DNA of 61,815 bases, filler included, from Nitrospinota bacterium (GTDB lineage Bacteria; JAUXIQ01): the NCBI GenBank assembly GCA_030620925.1. It is 10 parts of 10 records of this genome, joined end to end, with 100 filler letters (N's around TTAATTAATTAA, not from the genome) between each part and the next. Parts side by side here need not be neighbours in the genome. Positions count along the whole stretch, not along the records: positions 39,914 to 53,082 come from JAUXIQ010000016.1; positions 53,183 to 57,366 come from JAUXIQ010000247.1; positions 57,467 to 61,815 come from JAUXIQ010000228.1; 7 more parts are not named here. The stretch is one strand, 5' to 3'. Below, piece by piece: positions 48,011 through 57,823 of this stretch. A program made the position numbers and the translations under genes. The notes beneath the pieces are model-generated. The model did no database searches. It was not told the origin of the DNA and saw only the letters and a list, made by a program, of their open reading frames with translations. Within the stretch, counting starts at the first letter, position 1; each line of letters opens with the position of its first letter.

Positions 48011-48322
48011 TCATTCCTCTTTAACCTGGCCTGCAATGGCGTTTCTCTGGACGTCTACCTTTATCTTCTCGGCGATCTCTATGCTGACCACCGACCCCTT
48101 TATATTCAATATTTTGCCATACATACCGCCGCAAAATAACACCCGGTCGCCCTTTCTCAGGTTCTCTTGCATCATCCTCGTATTCTGCGACCGCTTTTGT
48201 TGGGGTCGGATGAGCAGAAAATAAAAAATCACGAACATTATCATGATGGGGAAGAGAGCGCCTAATCCCCCTTTACCACCTCCCCCACCCGCGCCACCTA
48301 TAGCGTATGCGATACCAAGCAT
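48011..48322 (-). CDS. yajC: Preprotein translocase subunit YajC
   Basis: IFYFLLIRPQQKR, LRKGDRV..GGMYG. Confidence 0.95.
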   Translation of the reverse strand: MLGIAYAIGGAGGGGGKGGLGALFPIMIMFVIFYFLLIRPQQKRSQNTRMMQENLRKGDRVLFCGGMYGKILNIKGSVVSIEIAEKIKVDVQRNAIAGQVKEE

Positions 48323-48445
48323 GATTTTAATTACCTCCCCGTGAAATATTACCTCAAAAAATTACCCCGCCTCTCAAAGGGGGGTAAACAGTATGCTCCT
48401 TATTCTCAATGCTTTACACGTTGAAATCCCACTCATTCAACTCTA

Positions 48446-48474
48446 CTTATACCAATATATAATTTAACTGTCAA
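48446..48474 (-). promoter_or_regulatory. Sigma70-type promoter of the yajC-ATPase-secD-secF unit
   Basis: Minus strand: TTGACA, 17 nt spacer, TATAAG, with extended -10 TG. Confidence 0.65.
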
Positions 48475-48561
48475 GGTTTTCGACGAAATACGTGCACAAG
48501 CTGCTCGGCAGCTCTTATAAGTGCTTCACGAAATCCTCCATTTCTTCCCCCACGTTTCCGC

Positions 48562-48590
48562 TTGATATGTAGTTCTATTTAGCTTAGACT
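48562..48590 (+). promoter_or_regulatory. Candidate sigma70-type promoter of the first BcrB/HgdA-like gene
   Basis: TTGATA, 17 nt spacer, TAGACT. Confidence 0.5.
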
Positions 48591-48700
48591 GGGTTTAAGC
48601 TGTATTTAAGGTTTAACAGGCCGGCCTTTCGTTTCAGATAATTCTGTCGTCCGGTTAAGGGTGCGGACTACTTAACGTTTCCATGTGAGGAGGATACAAG

Positions 48701-50032
48701 ATGGCGGTTAACGGCAAGGTCGTGAAAACCACGGCCGTGAAATCCACCGAAACGGCCAAAAAAGCCAACGAATGGGCTAAGATGATGTACTTGAAGGCCA
48801 TTGAGTCCAGGAAAGCGGGCAACCCGGTGGCCTGGTGCATGGTGGGCCTACAGACGGAGATAATAGAGGCGTTCGACATAGACGCCGTCTACACGGAAAA
48901 CTACGCCGCCCTGACCGCCGCCAAGCAGCAGGCGGACCCCCTCCTGGAAGCAGCCGAAGCCGACGGCTTCTCAAACCTCATCTGCGGGTATGTACGTACA
49001 GGCATCGGCTACTCGCGCCTGTTCAAAGAGGGAGGCGGCAAAGTACCGGAGAATACACCGCGGGGGGGGATGACGGATCCCTCCATGCTGCTTGCCTGCA
49101 GTGCGATCTGCGACCCCCGCTTTAAATGGTATCAGGCCCTGGCCAGATACCAGGACACCCCCTACTATTTTTACGACATCGCATATCCATCCCCGGACCA
49201 GGACCACGACGACCCCATGGTGCGCGATTACTACATCAACTATTCCATCTCCCAGCTAAGAGATTTCACCGCCTTCTGCGCCAAACATACCGGCAAAAAA
49301 CTGGACGAAGCCTACCTCTGGGAGAAGATAAAGATGGCCGAGCAGGTGCACCGCCTCTGGTGGGAGTGCCACGAGCTGCGTAAAGCCGTTCCCTGCCCCA
49401 TGCCCTCGGGGGACATGTTCAGCTGCATCGTGGCCGGCATGTACTATCGCTGCCGCCCTGAGGCCCTGGACTTTTATCAGAATTTGAAAGACGAGCTGAC
49501 CGACCGCATCGAAAAGGGCATCGGAGTCATCGAGGACGAACGCTACCGCCTGGTTTGGGGAAGAGGTCTACCCCCCTGGCATAACATGGGCCTCTTCACC
49601 TACTTCGAGGACCACGGCGCCGTTTTCGTAATCGAGACCATGTACTATCGAGACCAGCCCTACGAAGTGGACATCAAAACCGAAGACCCCATCGAATACC
49701 TGGCGCGTCGTAACTACGAGTGGGAGGCTATCCGCTGGCGCAAGGCTCAGCAGGGCTGCAAGGACCCCAGCGTGCAGCTCCTCCTCGATTTCATTAAAGA
49801 TTATAAGGCCGCAGGAATGGTCATGCACGGGACCAAATCGTGTCGAGCCTTCACTATTGGTCAGATATACTTCAAGAACCTTCTCGAGCACTACGTGAAG
49901 ATACCCACCCTGTTCATCGAGAGCGACATGGTTGATGCCCGCGACTATTCTAAAGCCCACACCGAGCAGAAGATTGACGAGTTCATGGAGATGGTGGGTC
50001 AGTACCAGCAGACAGGCACAGCCGATGATTAA
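48701..50032 (+). CDS. 2-hydroxyacyl-CoA dehydratase / class I benzoyl-CoA reductase family subunit (BcrB/HgdA-like), copy 1
   Basis: ENYAA, GFSNLICGY, CDPRFKW, ERYRL, HGTKSCRAFTIGQ, PTLFIESDMVDAR. Confidence 0.88.
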   Translation: MAVNGKVVKTTAVKSTETAKKANEWAKMMYLKAIESRKAGNPVAWCMVGLQTEIIEAFDIDAVYTENYAALTAAKQQADPLLEAAEADGFSNLICGYVRTGIGYSRLFKEGGGKVPENTPRGGMTDPSMLLACSAICDPRFKWYQALARYQDTPYYFYDIAYPSPDQDHDDPMVRDYYINYSISQLRDFTAFCAKHTGKKLDEAYLWEKIKMAEQVHRLWWECHELRKAVPCPMPSGDMFSCIVAGMYYRCRPEALDFYQNLKDELTDRIEKGIGVIEDERYRLVWGRGLPPWHNMGLFTYFEDHGAVFVIETMYYRDQPYEVDIKTEDPIEYLARRNYEWEAIRWRKAQQGCKDPSVQLLLDFIKDYKAAGMVMHGTKSCRAFTIGQIYFKNLLEHYVKIPTLFIESDMVDARDYSKAHTEQKIDEFMEMVGQYQQTGTADD

Positions 50033-50060
50033 AAGGACCTGTTACTGAAACGAGCTGATT

Positions 50061-50162
50061 GTCATTCTGAGCCCCGCTACCGGCGGGGCTCAGAATCTAG
50101 CTGAAAAGGTAAAAGCCGCACGTTTGGAGGTATTCACTTCGTTTGACTGCGTTTAGAATGAC
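50061..50162. repeat. Inverted pair of GTCATTCT-family REP-like elements; the left one has a perfect 14-bp stem around CCCCGC-N5-GCGGGG
   Basis: GTCATTCTGAGCCCCGC-TACCG-GCGGGGCTCAGAATCT (50061-50098) and ...TTCACTTCG...TTTAGAATGAC (to 50162); relative at 51807-51833. Confidence 0.75.
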
Positions 50163-50190
50163 GTAAATTGTATTAGCACCGGATAGTACG

Positions 50191-50222
50191 GCCGGGCCGG
50201 TAAGAGCCCGGTCTTTTATTTT
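50191..50222 (+). terminator. Probable intrinsic terminator between the two BcrB-like genes
   Basis: GCCGGGC / GCCCGGT stem followed by CTTTTATTTT. Confidence 0.55.
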
Positions 50223-50302
50223 AAAAAAAGTTTCTTTTACTGGAGTAACTGCGCTAAAATAACCCCGCCTACATCTTGATGATCTCACAAGGAGGATAGA
50301 AC

Positions 50303-51631
50303 ATGGCAGATAACGGTAAAGCAGCGATAACTTCTGCACCCAAGGCTACCGAAATAGCCAAAAAGGCCAACGACTGGACGAAGATGATGTATAAGAAAGC
50401 TGAGGAATCCAGGAAGGCGGGAGACCCGGTGGCCTGGTGCATGTGGGGCACCCAACAGGAGATAGTCGAAGCCTTCGGCATCAATACCGTCTTCACCGAA
50501 AACTACGCCGCTGTGGCCGCCGCCAAACAGCAGGCGGACGCGCTCCTGGAAGCCGCCGAATCGGACGGGTTCTCTAACCTCATCTGCAGCTACGTGCGCC
50601 TGGGTATTGGCTACTCGCGCCTGTACAAAGAACAGGGCAATCAACCACCCAAAGAAGCGGTTCGGGGAGGGATGGCGAAACCCACCATGCTGCTGGCCAG
50701 CAGTCTTGCCTGCGACCCGCGCTACAAGTGGTACCAGGCGCTGGCCCGATACCAGGATACACCATACTATTTTTACGACGTGGTCCACCCGCCCATCGAC
50801 CAGGACAGGGACGACCCGCAGGTGCGTGAGCACTACATCAATTACTCGATCTCTCAGCTCCAGGATTTCGCCGCTTTCTGCTCCAAGCAAACCGGCGAGA
50901 AGTTAGACGATGAATATCTCTGGGAGAAAATAAGAACCGGCGAAGAGGTGCACCGCCTCTGGTGGGAGTGCCACGAGCTGCGCAAGGCCATCCCCTGTCC
51001 CATGCCGACTGAAGATATGATGAGCTGCATAGTGCCCGGGTTTTTCTATAGCTGCCGGGAGGAATCACGCGATTTCTATGCAGAAATGAAAGAGGAACTG
51101 ACCCAGCGCGTCGAACAGGGCATCGGAAGCATCGACGACGAGAAATGTCGCCTGGTCTGGGGCGGAGGGCTTCCCCCATGGCATACTATGGGGATGTTCT
51201 CCTATTTCGCCGATAAAGGGGGCCTATTCGTGTGCGAGATAGCATACTACCCCTTCGAGCCCTACGAAGTCGAGGTTAAAACCGGCGACCCCCTGGAATA
51301 TTTAGCAAGACGCGACTACGAACGGGCAACCATTCGCTGGCGCAGGGCCCAGCAAGGCTGCAAGGACCCCTTAGTCCAGGTGCTGCTCGATTTTATCAAG
51401 GACTACCAGGGAGTCGGGTTGGTGATGCACGGAAGCAAGTCTTGCCGGGCGTCCACCATCGGACAGATTTATAACAAGAACCTGATCCACGAGTCCGTTA
51501 AGATACCCACCCTTTTTCTCGAGAGCGACATGGTGGACACCCGGGATTTTTCCCGAGCGCACACCGAGCAGAAGATAGATGAGTTCATGGTGATGGTGGA
51601 ACAATTCCAGCGCACCGGCGCCCCCGAGTAA
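50303..51631 (+). CDS. 2-hydroxyacyl-CoA dehydratase / class I benzoyl-CoA reductase family subunit (BcrB/HgdA-like), copy 2
   Basis: GFSNLICSY, CDPRYKW, HGSKSCRASTIGQ, PTLFLESDMVDTR; collinear with copy 1. Confidence 0.88.
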   Translation: MADNGKAAITSAPKATEIAKKANDWTKMMYKKAEESRKAGDPVAWCMWGTQQEIVEAFGINTVFTENYAAVAAAKQQADALLEAAESDGFSNLICSYVRLGIGYSRLYKEQGNQPPKEAVRGGMAKPTMLLASSLACDPRYKWYQALARYQDTPYYFYDVVHPPIDQDRDDPQVREHYINYSISQLQDFAAFCSKQTGEKLDDEYLWEKIRTGEEVHRLWWECHELRKAIPCPMPTEDMMSCIVPGFFYSCREESRDFYAEMKEELTQRVEQGIGSIDDEKCRLVWGGGLPPWHTMGMFSYFADKGGLFVCEIAYYPFEPYEVEVKTGDPLEYLARRDYERATIRWRRAQQGCKDPLVQVLLDFIKDYQGVGLVMHGSKSCRASTIGQIYNKNLIHESVKIPTLFLESDMVDTRDFSRAHTEQKIDEFMVMVEQFQRTGAPE

Positions 51632-51647
51632 AAAGCATCAAAAACTC

Positions 51648-51980
51648 GAGGGAACCTTTTTGAACCCCGCTTTTCGAGAGACTGGGATTTGGTGTAGGGG
51701 CGGGTTTCAAACCCGCCCCTACGATAGCTGCTGTTTTCGCGCCTGAAAGGCCTTCCTACCTCTACCGTAGGAGCACGCGGGGATTGTTCCTACAGTCTCA
51801 TATTATGTCATTCTGAGCGAAGCGAAGAATCTCGCCTACCCGTAAAAGCACGCTTTCTTAATAATGGGTAAACACCCCACCGATCGTGCCTCAAACAAAA
51901 GGTCGTCGCGTAGGTAGAGACAATTCATGAATTGTCTCTACGATAGACGCTGTTTTCGCCAAAGCGCGCAGGGGCGGGAG
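51648..51980. repeat. Cluster of REP-like palindromes from several families between convergent genes
   Basis: GTAGGGGCGGGTTTCAAACCCGCCCCTAC (51694-51722), GTAGGAGCA...TGTTCCTAC (51767-51793), GTCATTCTGAGCGAAGCGAAGAATCTC (51807-51833), GTAGAGACAATTCATGAATTGTCTCTAC (51914-51941). Confidence 0.9.
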
Positions 51981-52028
51981 GAAGCTCTTTCGAACAATAA
52001 TGACATGAGCTGAGTTAAAAGGGATTTT

Positions 52029-52916
52029 TCAGGGGAGAATCTGTGTGCCGATGCCTTTATCGGTAAAAATCTCCAGAATGAGGGCGTTGTTCACCCTGCC
52101 GTCTATGATGTGAGTTTTTACCACGTCGTTCTCCAGGGCGTTGAGGCAGGCCTGCACCTTGGGCAGCATCCCCCCGGCTATAACACCGCTCCGGGTGAGT
52201 TCGTCCACATGGCTCCTGGTGAGGGTGGAGAGAAGCCGTCCGTCTTTGTCCTCGATACCAGGGACGTCGGTCATGAAAATGAGCTTTTCGGCCTTGAGGG
52301 CGGAGGCTATCGCTTCGGCCACCAGGTCGGCGTTTATATTATAGGATTCGGTGTTATCACCCACGCCTATGGGAGCTATGACGGGGATAAAACCGTTATC
52401 CTCCAGCACGTCGATGACCTTGGGGTTGACATAGTCCACCTTACCCACCAGCCCCAAGTCCACCGCCTCCTCTCCCCGCTTTGGCTTGAGGATAAGTTTA
52501 GAGGCTTTTATAAGCCCTCCGTCCTTGCCGCAGAGCCCCACCGCGTGGCCGCCATGGTGGTTTATGATAGCCACGATCTCTTTGTTGATTTTGCCCATGA
52601 GGACCATCTCCACCACATCCATGGTCTCCTGGTCGGTGATCCGCATACCGTCCACGAACTCAGGCTCCTTCCCCAGCTTCTTCATCATTTCCCCCACCTG
52701 GGTGCCGCCGCCGTGGATGATGACGGGATCGATGCCTACATACTTCATGAGGATGACGTCCAGGGCGAAGTCCCGCTCCAAACCCTCGTCTATCATGGCC
52801 GCTCCGCCGTACTTGACCACAAAGGTCTTGCCGAAGAAGGTGCGGATGTAAGGCAGCGCTTCTATGAGAGTTTTAGCTTTGTCCATAGGTATTTTCATGG
52901 GCTGTTCAGGGCGCAT
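52029..52916 (-). CDS. argB: Acetylglutamate kinase; true start may be 52898 or 52886
   Basis: LIEALPYI, VVKYGGAAM, IHGGG, GMRITD, YNINAD, GGMLPK, EIFTDKGIGT. Confidence 0.97.
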   Translation of the reverse strand: MRPEQPMKIPMDKAKTLIEALPYIRTFFGKTFVVKYGGAAMIDEGLERDFALDVILMKYVGIDPVIIHGGGTQVGEMMKKLGKEPEFVDGMRITDQETMDVVEMVLMGKINKEIVAIINHHGGHAVGLCGKDGGLIKASKLILKPKRGEEAVDLGLVGKVDYVNPKVIDVLEDNGFIPVIAPIGVGDNTESYNINADLVAEAIASALKAEKLIFMTDVPGIEDKDGRLLSTLTRSHVDELTRSGVIAGGMLPKVQACLNALENDVVKTHIIDGRVNNALILEIFTDKGIGTQILP

Positions 52917-52955
52917 GATTCATGATACGCGATGCAAGGTTCATAATTAAAGGAG

Positions 52956-53082
52956 CTACAGAATATAGCGGCTCAAGTCTTCGTCCTTGGCGATATCCGC
53001 AAGTTTTTCCCTGACGTAAGCGGCATCGATGGTTATTTCAACTTCTTCGCTTTCCGGCGCCTCGTAAGAGATGTCGTCAAGC
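52956..53082 (-). CDS. hslU: HslU ATPase subunit of the HslUV protease, C-terminal fragment (not in the ORF track)
   Basis: Manual translation [41 protein letters not shown], the canonical HslU C-terminus. Confidence 0.92.
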
Positions 53083-53182
53083 NNNNNNNNNNNNNNNNNN
53101 NNNNNNNNNNNNNNNNNNNNNNNNNNTTAATTAATTAANNNNNNNNNNNNNNNNNNNNNNNNNNNNNNNNNNNNNNNNNNNN

Positions 53183-53439
53183 AGAGCCGGGAGGTCGGCG
53201 ATTATCATTACCTCCGGGACGGAAATGAGGGGGGATAGTATCTCCCTGTCGGACAGGACGACATAACAGGCCACCCGCCCTCCCCTGCGAAAGGTATCGT
53301 AGGTCGGGAGCCAGGTGACGTTTTTGTACGTTTTAAGCGCCGCGCTGGCCAGCACTTCGCCGATGGTGAGCACACCCTGGCCCCCGAAACCGGCTATCAA
53401 CAGGCCGAATGTCGGCTTAACGTCTTCTGTCACAATCAT
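53183..53439 (-). CDS. 2-oxoacid:ferredoxin oxidoreductase gamma subunit, 3'-truncated
   Basis: IAGFGGQGVL, VTWLPTY, RGG...CYVVLSD..I.SP. Confidence 0.9.
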
Positions 53440-53503
53440 CCTCCCTTGCAGGGAAATCAGGGGGCTGCACCCCTGAAGGCTCCCTGAAGCATTATTCCGC
53501 CGC

Positions 53504-54274
53504 CTATTCTATGATGTCCACGTTCTTTAATTCCCCTAGAGGGTATTCCTCCAGCATGGCTTTCTCCAGCCACTGGATGGACTTGGGGGGATTCATGCCC
53601 CACCCCGGCGGGCAGGTGCACACGAACTCCACGAATCCGTAGCCCACGTTGTCTATCTGCTTCTGAAAGGCGGTCTTGACGGCTTTCTTGGCACTCATGA
53701 AATTCTTGAGGCCGATGAGCGCCACCCTGGCCGAATAGGCCACGCCGCGCATGGAGGCCATCATCTCGGCCATGTGCACGGGATAGCCGTGCGATGCGGC
53801 GTCACGCCCCTCAGGGCTGGTGGTGGTGACCTGCCCCTGAAGCGTCGTAGGGGCCATCTGACCGCCTGTGGTGCCGTAGCCTGCGTTATTGAAAAAAATG
53901 GTGGTGAGCTTTTCGCCTCTGTTTACGGCGCTCAATATGTCGCCCAGCCCGATGGCCGCCAAGTCGCCGTCTCCCTGGAAGGTAAATACGATGCCCTTGT
54001 TGGACAGACCCCGCTTGATCCCCGTCGCCGTTCCCGGCGCGCGGCCGTGGAGGGCGAAAACGAAGTCCACGTCCATGTAAACGTGACACATGCCGTGGCA
54101 TCCCACCCCCGAAACACCCACCGCATCCCCCTGTATGCCCATTTCATCTATGGCCTCGCAGACTACCCGGGCGATGATGGAATGCTGGCAGCCGGCGCAA
54201 AAGAGCGAAGAGGTTTCAAAAGCGGACTCCGGTTTATGGTATATAACTTTTTTTCCTGCTTTCTGCTCGCTCAT
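53504..54274 (-). CDS. 2-oxoacid:ferredoxin oxidoreductase beta (TPP-binding) subunit, Vor-type
   Basis: FCAGCQH, GVGC, HGRA, QGDGDLAAIG, NNAGYGTTGGQMAPTT, TCP. Confidence 0.93.
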   Translation of the reverse strand: MSEQKAGKKVIYHKPESAFETSSLFCAGCQHSIIARVVCEAIDEMGIQGDAVGVSGVGCHGMCHVYMDVDFVFALHGRAPGTATGIKRGLSNKGIVFTFQGDGDLAAIGLGDILSAVNRGEKLTTIFFNNAGYGTTGGQMAPTTLQGQVTTTSPEGRDAASHGYPVHMAEMMASMRGVAYSARVALIGLKNFMSAKKAVKTAFQKQIDNVGYGFVEFVCTCPPGWGMNPPKSIQWLEKAMLEEYPLGELKNVDIIE

Positions 54275-55344
54275 ATATATTTTTTCACCTCCTGGTAAAT
54301 GGTGTGCGGGAAGATCATGCCGCTGGAGTCGGGGAGGTGGCGGGCCAGCATGCCCAGGAAATGCACCTCCGCCCGGCCCTGAACCGCGTGGTCCACATCC
54401 TCCACCATCTGGCCCAGGTTGTCTTCCACCACCAGGAAATGTTTGGTGGTCTTCGCAGCTTCCCTGATGACTTGCGTGGGAAACGGCCAGAGGGAGATGG
54501 GGCGTATAAAGCCCACCTTCCGGCCGTCCCGCCTTGCCATTTCGTATGCCCCCAGGCCGCTTCTGGCGCTGGAGCCGAAACTGACGATTATGAGGTCCGC
54601 ATCCTCGATGTCATAGGTTTTAACACGCACCTCCTGCTCGGCCATCTTCTTATATTTATCGGTGATGCGCACCTGATAATCCTTGTAGAGGGACCAGATG
54701 CCCGGAGCGTTGTGTATCATGTTGCCCCGTTTCCCCCCTTCCCTGCCGCATTTCACCGCCCAGGGCTTCTCCGGCAGAGGACCGAAATCGTGGGTAACCA
54801 GCTCCACGCTCTCCATCATCTGCCCTATCATGGCATCGGTGAGCACCATGGCCGGGTGGCGGTACTTGTCCGCCAGGTAAAAGGCAATCTGGACGAAATC
54901 GAAGCATTCCTGCACCGTAGCCGGGGCCAGCACCACCATCTTGTAACCCCCGTGCCCGCCCCCCTTGACGGCCTGCAAATAGTCCATCTGGGCGGTCTGG
55001 GTGGAACCCGCTCCCGGGCCGCCCCGCTGCACGTTCATGACCACGCAGGATACCTCCGCCGCGGCGATGGTGGAAAGCCCCTCCATCATCAGGCTGAAGC
55101 CGGTGCTGGAAGAAGAAGTCATGCAGCGCACGCCCGTACACGCGCATCCGTAGAGCATGTTTATGGAGGTGCACTCACTCTCCGTCTGCACAAAGTAACC
55201 ACCCAGTTTGGGCAGCTCGGCGGCGAAAAATTCCACCACGTCGCTCTGAGGGGTTATGGGGTATCCGAAATAATGCCTGCAGCCGGCATATATGGCGCCC
55301 TGGGCAGCGGCAATGTTTCCGGTTATCAAGACTTTCTCTGCCAT
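54271..55344 (-). CDS. 2-oxoacid:ferredoxin oxidoreductase alpha subunit, Vor (ketoisovalerate)-type
   Basis: YFGYPITPQS, QTESE, TSSSSTG, QRGGPG, KGGGHG, RPISLWPFP. Confidence 0.93.
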   Translation of the reverse strand: MAEKVLITGNIAAAQGAIYAGCRHYFGYPITPQSDVVEFFAAELPKLGGYFVQTESECTSINMLYGCACTGVRCMTSSSSTGFSLMMEGLSTIAAAEVSCVVMNVQRGGPGAGSTQTAQMDYLQAVKGGGHGGYKMVVLAPATVQECFDFVQIAFYLADKYRHPAMVLTDAMIGQMMESVELVTHDFGPLPEKPWAVKCGREGGKRGNMIHNAPGIWSLYKDYQVRITDKYKKMAEQEVRVKTYDIEDADLIIVSFGSSARSGLGAYEMARRDGRKVGFIRPISLWPFPTQVIREAAKTTKHFLVVEDNLGQMVEDVDHAVQGRAEVHFLGMLARHLPDSSGMIFPHTIYQEVKKYI

Positions 55345-55404
55345 CGTCCTCCGCCTATCGTTGGCACGTTGCAGGATATACTAACCGCCTAGTTAAAAAG
55401 GGGG

Positions 55405-55608
55405 TTATCCGTAAACAGTAATGGCGAAATCCGGGCAGAGCCTTGCGCAGGCGGTGCAGCCGGTGCATTCTTCAGAATTTTTAAAATCAGGGTAGATGTA
55501 GCCCTTGCTGTTGAATTTATCGCTCATGACGATGCAATCCTGGGGGCACTGGATTACGCAGTAGGTGCAGCCTTTGCATCGCTCGACGTCTATTTCTATC
55601 TCAGCCAT
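55405..55608 (-). CDS. 2[4Fe-4S] ferredoxin-like delta subunit
   Basis: CKGCTYCVIQCP and CTGCTACARLCPD. Confidence 0.93.
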   Translation of the reverse strand: MAEIEIDVERCKGCTYCVIQCPQDCIVMSDKFNSKGYIYPDFKNSEECTGCTACARLCPDFAITVYG

Positions 55609-55904
55609 TTCTTTCTCCCTTACAGTTGGCCAGCATCATCAAACCGCCAGGAGAACCATCACCCCGGGTCAAAAACCGGGAGTGATTATCCGGACAGTTT
55701 ATGATAGATTTGCGGACTTAAAAATATATCAGCCCTTGAAAAAGTCAAAATGAATTGCCGTCCAGATTATTATTCTCATATTCTGCAAATATAATCAATC
55801 CCCATTTCCCTTCACCGGGTCTTATTCCACCGTACGACAAAATTTCGCACATGCCACCGTCCTGAAGAGATCGAGGCATCCCTTCCGGACCAGTGAATAA
55901 CGCA

Positions 55905-55933
55905 TTTACCTGACCACGCGAGTGTGTTAAAAT
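55905..55933 (+). promoter_or_regulatory. Candidate promoter of the Lon-like gene
   Basis: TTTACC, 17 nt spacer, TAAAAT, with extended -10 TG. Confidence 0.45.
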
Positions 55934-56110
55934 TAAGTTTAATATATAATAGAATTAGTATACCGTAAAAATAGGCTTATGCCTGTTCCCAGACTGGGGA
56001 CCATACAAACCGGTCAAGCAAATTAAAAGTAAGAGATACTTATCTGCCTTCTTCGGCGTATGAGAGGGCAGTATCAAAAAGAGCTGTTCTATTAATTTCG
56101 GAGAGATGCC

Positions 56111-57366
56111 ATGCCGTCAGAGGGAAAATCCCCCAAAGTAGACCCGGAAATGCTTCGCTATAGATGTGACCCGGAGGTATTGGGCTTCGAGACCACGGAC
56201 GACCTCCAGCCCTGCGAGGGGATCATAGGCCAGGACAGAGCCATCAAAGCCATTCGCCTGGGGTTGGATATAGACAGCCTGGGATACAACATTTTTATAA
56301 CCGGATACGTGGGCACCGGGCGCAATACCACCATCAAGGGCCTTCTTGAAGAGATAAGTGTGACCAAGGAGACACCTCAGGACAAATGTTATGTCAATAA
56401 CTTCAGGGATCGGGACATTCCCAGAAAAATCACCCTGCCCGCAGGGCGCGGCAGAGAGTTCAAAAAAGATATGTCGGAATTCATAAAATCGCTCCAGCGC
56501 AACATCCCTCTCATCCTGGAGAGCGAGAGCTACCAGACACAAACCAAGAATATAATCGAAAGGTACAGAGAACGGGAACAAACCCTCATAAAGGAATTTG
56601 AAAAAAAAGCCAACGGCATGAATTTCACCATGGTCCAGCTTCAGATGGGCCCCTATACCAAGCCGGATATTATGCCCCTGGTAAAGGGAAACCCGGCCCC
56701 CATGGACCAGCTTGAAGCCATGGTCCAGCAGGGGCTTATTACATCCGAAGAAATTCAGGCGGCCAGAACAAATTACGTTGCGCTGAGCGGGGAGCTGGAT
56801 GAGGTGTTCAAAGAGACGCGCAAGATCGAAAAGAAGATCAGGGAAGACTTGAACCAGCTCAGCAGGCGCGTCATCCACCCCCTCCTGGACGACGCCCTCA
56901 CGGAAATAGAGGAAAAACATGATAGTGACCAGATAACTCAATATCTCGAAGAAGTGAGGGAGAACCTGGTCGACAATATAAATATGTTCCTGGGTGGAGA
57001 AGCCAAACCCGCCGTTCCCGACCAGCCTGCCCAACCCCCGCCCAGGGAGGCTGATAGCTTCACCGAGTACCAGGTAAACGTGCTGGTGGACAACTCGCAA
57101 TTGCAAGGCGCGCCGGTGATAATGGAAAACACACCCACCTACCACAACCTCTTCGGCACCGTCGAAAAGGTAATGGACAGGAGCAGCCACTGGTCCACCG
57201 ATTTCACAAAAATAAAAGCCGGCTCCCTGCTAAAAGCCGACGGGGGCTACCTGGTCCTCAATGCCGTAGACGTGCTCACCGAGTCGGGGGTATGGATAGC
57301 CCTGAAGAGGATACTCAAGACCAGGGCCCTGAGCATACAAAGTTACGACCCCATGTTCATGTTCAC
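56111..57366 (+). CDS. Lon-like ATP-dependent protease (LonC/AAA_32 type), 3'-truncated
   Basis: IIGQDRA, GYNIFITG..GTGR, YVNNF, YQVNVLVDN, PTYHNLFG, TDFTKIKAGSLLKADGGYLV. Confidence 0.9.
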
Positions 57367-57466
57367 NNNNNNNNNNNNNNNNNNNNNNNNNNNNNNNNNN
57401 NNNNNNNNNNTTAATTAATTAANNNNNNNNNNNNNNNNNNNNNNNNNNNNNNNNNNNNNNNNNNNN

Positions 57467-57609
57467 ATCTTCTCCAGCATCTTGGCGTGGGCCAAGCTGC
57501 CGTATATGTCGGCGCGCAGGAGGTTGTTGTCCAGCAGGTAATCGTTACCTACGCTGAACTTCTCTATTTCCTTATCCAGTTCGTAACCTTTGTTCCAGAG
57601 CTTGGTCAA
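57467..57609 (-). CDS. argH: Argininosuccinate lyase, N-terminal fragment
   Basis: TTG start after RBS GGAGG: MTKLWNKGYELDKEIEKFSVGNDYLLD..L..DIYGSLAHAKML. Confidence 0.85.
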
Positions 57610-57823
57610 CAGCGGCCTCCAAGAATCATAAAGAAAACATAACCTATTGAAATTATAATTGATTATGGTGAATGTCAAGGCTTTGTTTTATTTTTCGCCG
57701 CAAACCTTTCCTCCATGTCATGAGTAAGGGGTCGATTTTTTCGGGATGCCGATGCGCTACTTATGGTATAAAGGGCCGGGGAATTAATGATAAAGTTCAG
57801 GTCTAAGTCGAGAGGAGGGGATC

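Noticed and set aside
51648..51980. Palindrome cluster as a CRISPR array or attC/integron array
   Set aside because: The units differ in sequence, spacing is irregular, and there is no cas or integrase gene; REP-type elements fit better.
55361..55376. TTGGCACGTTGC as a sigma54 promoter
   Set aside because: The GG-N10-GC spacing is not met, and it is on the wrong strand for the vor genes.
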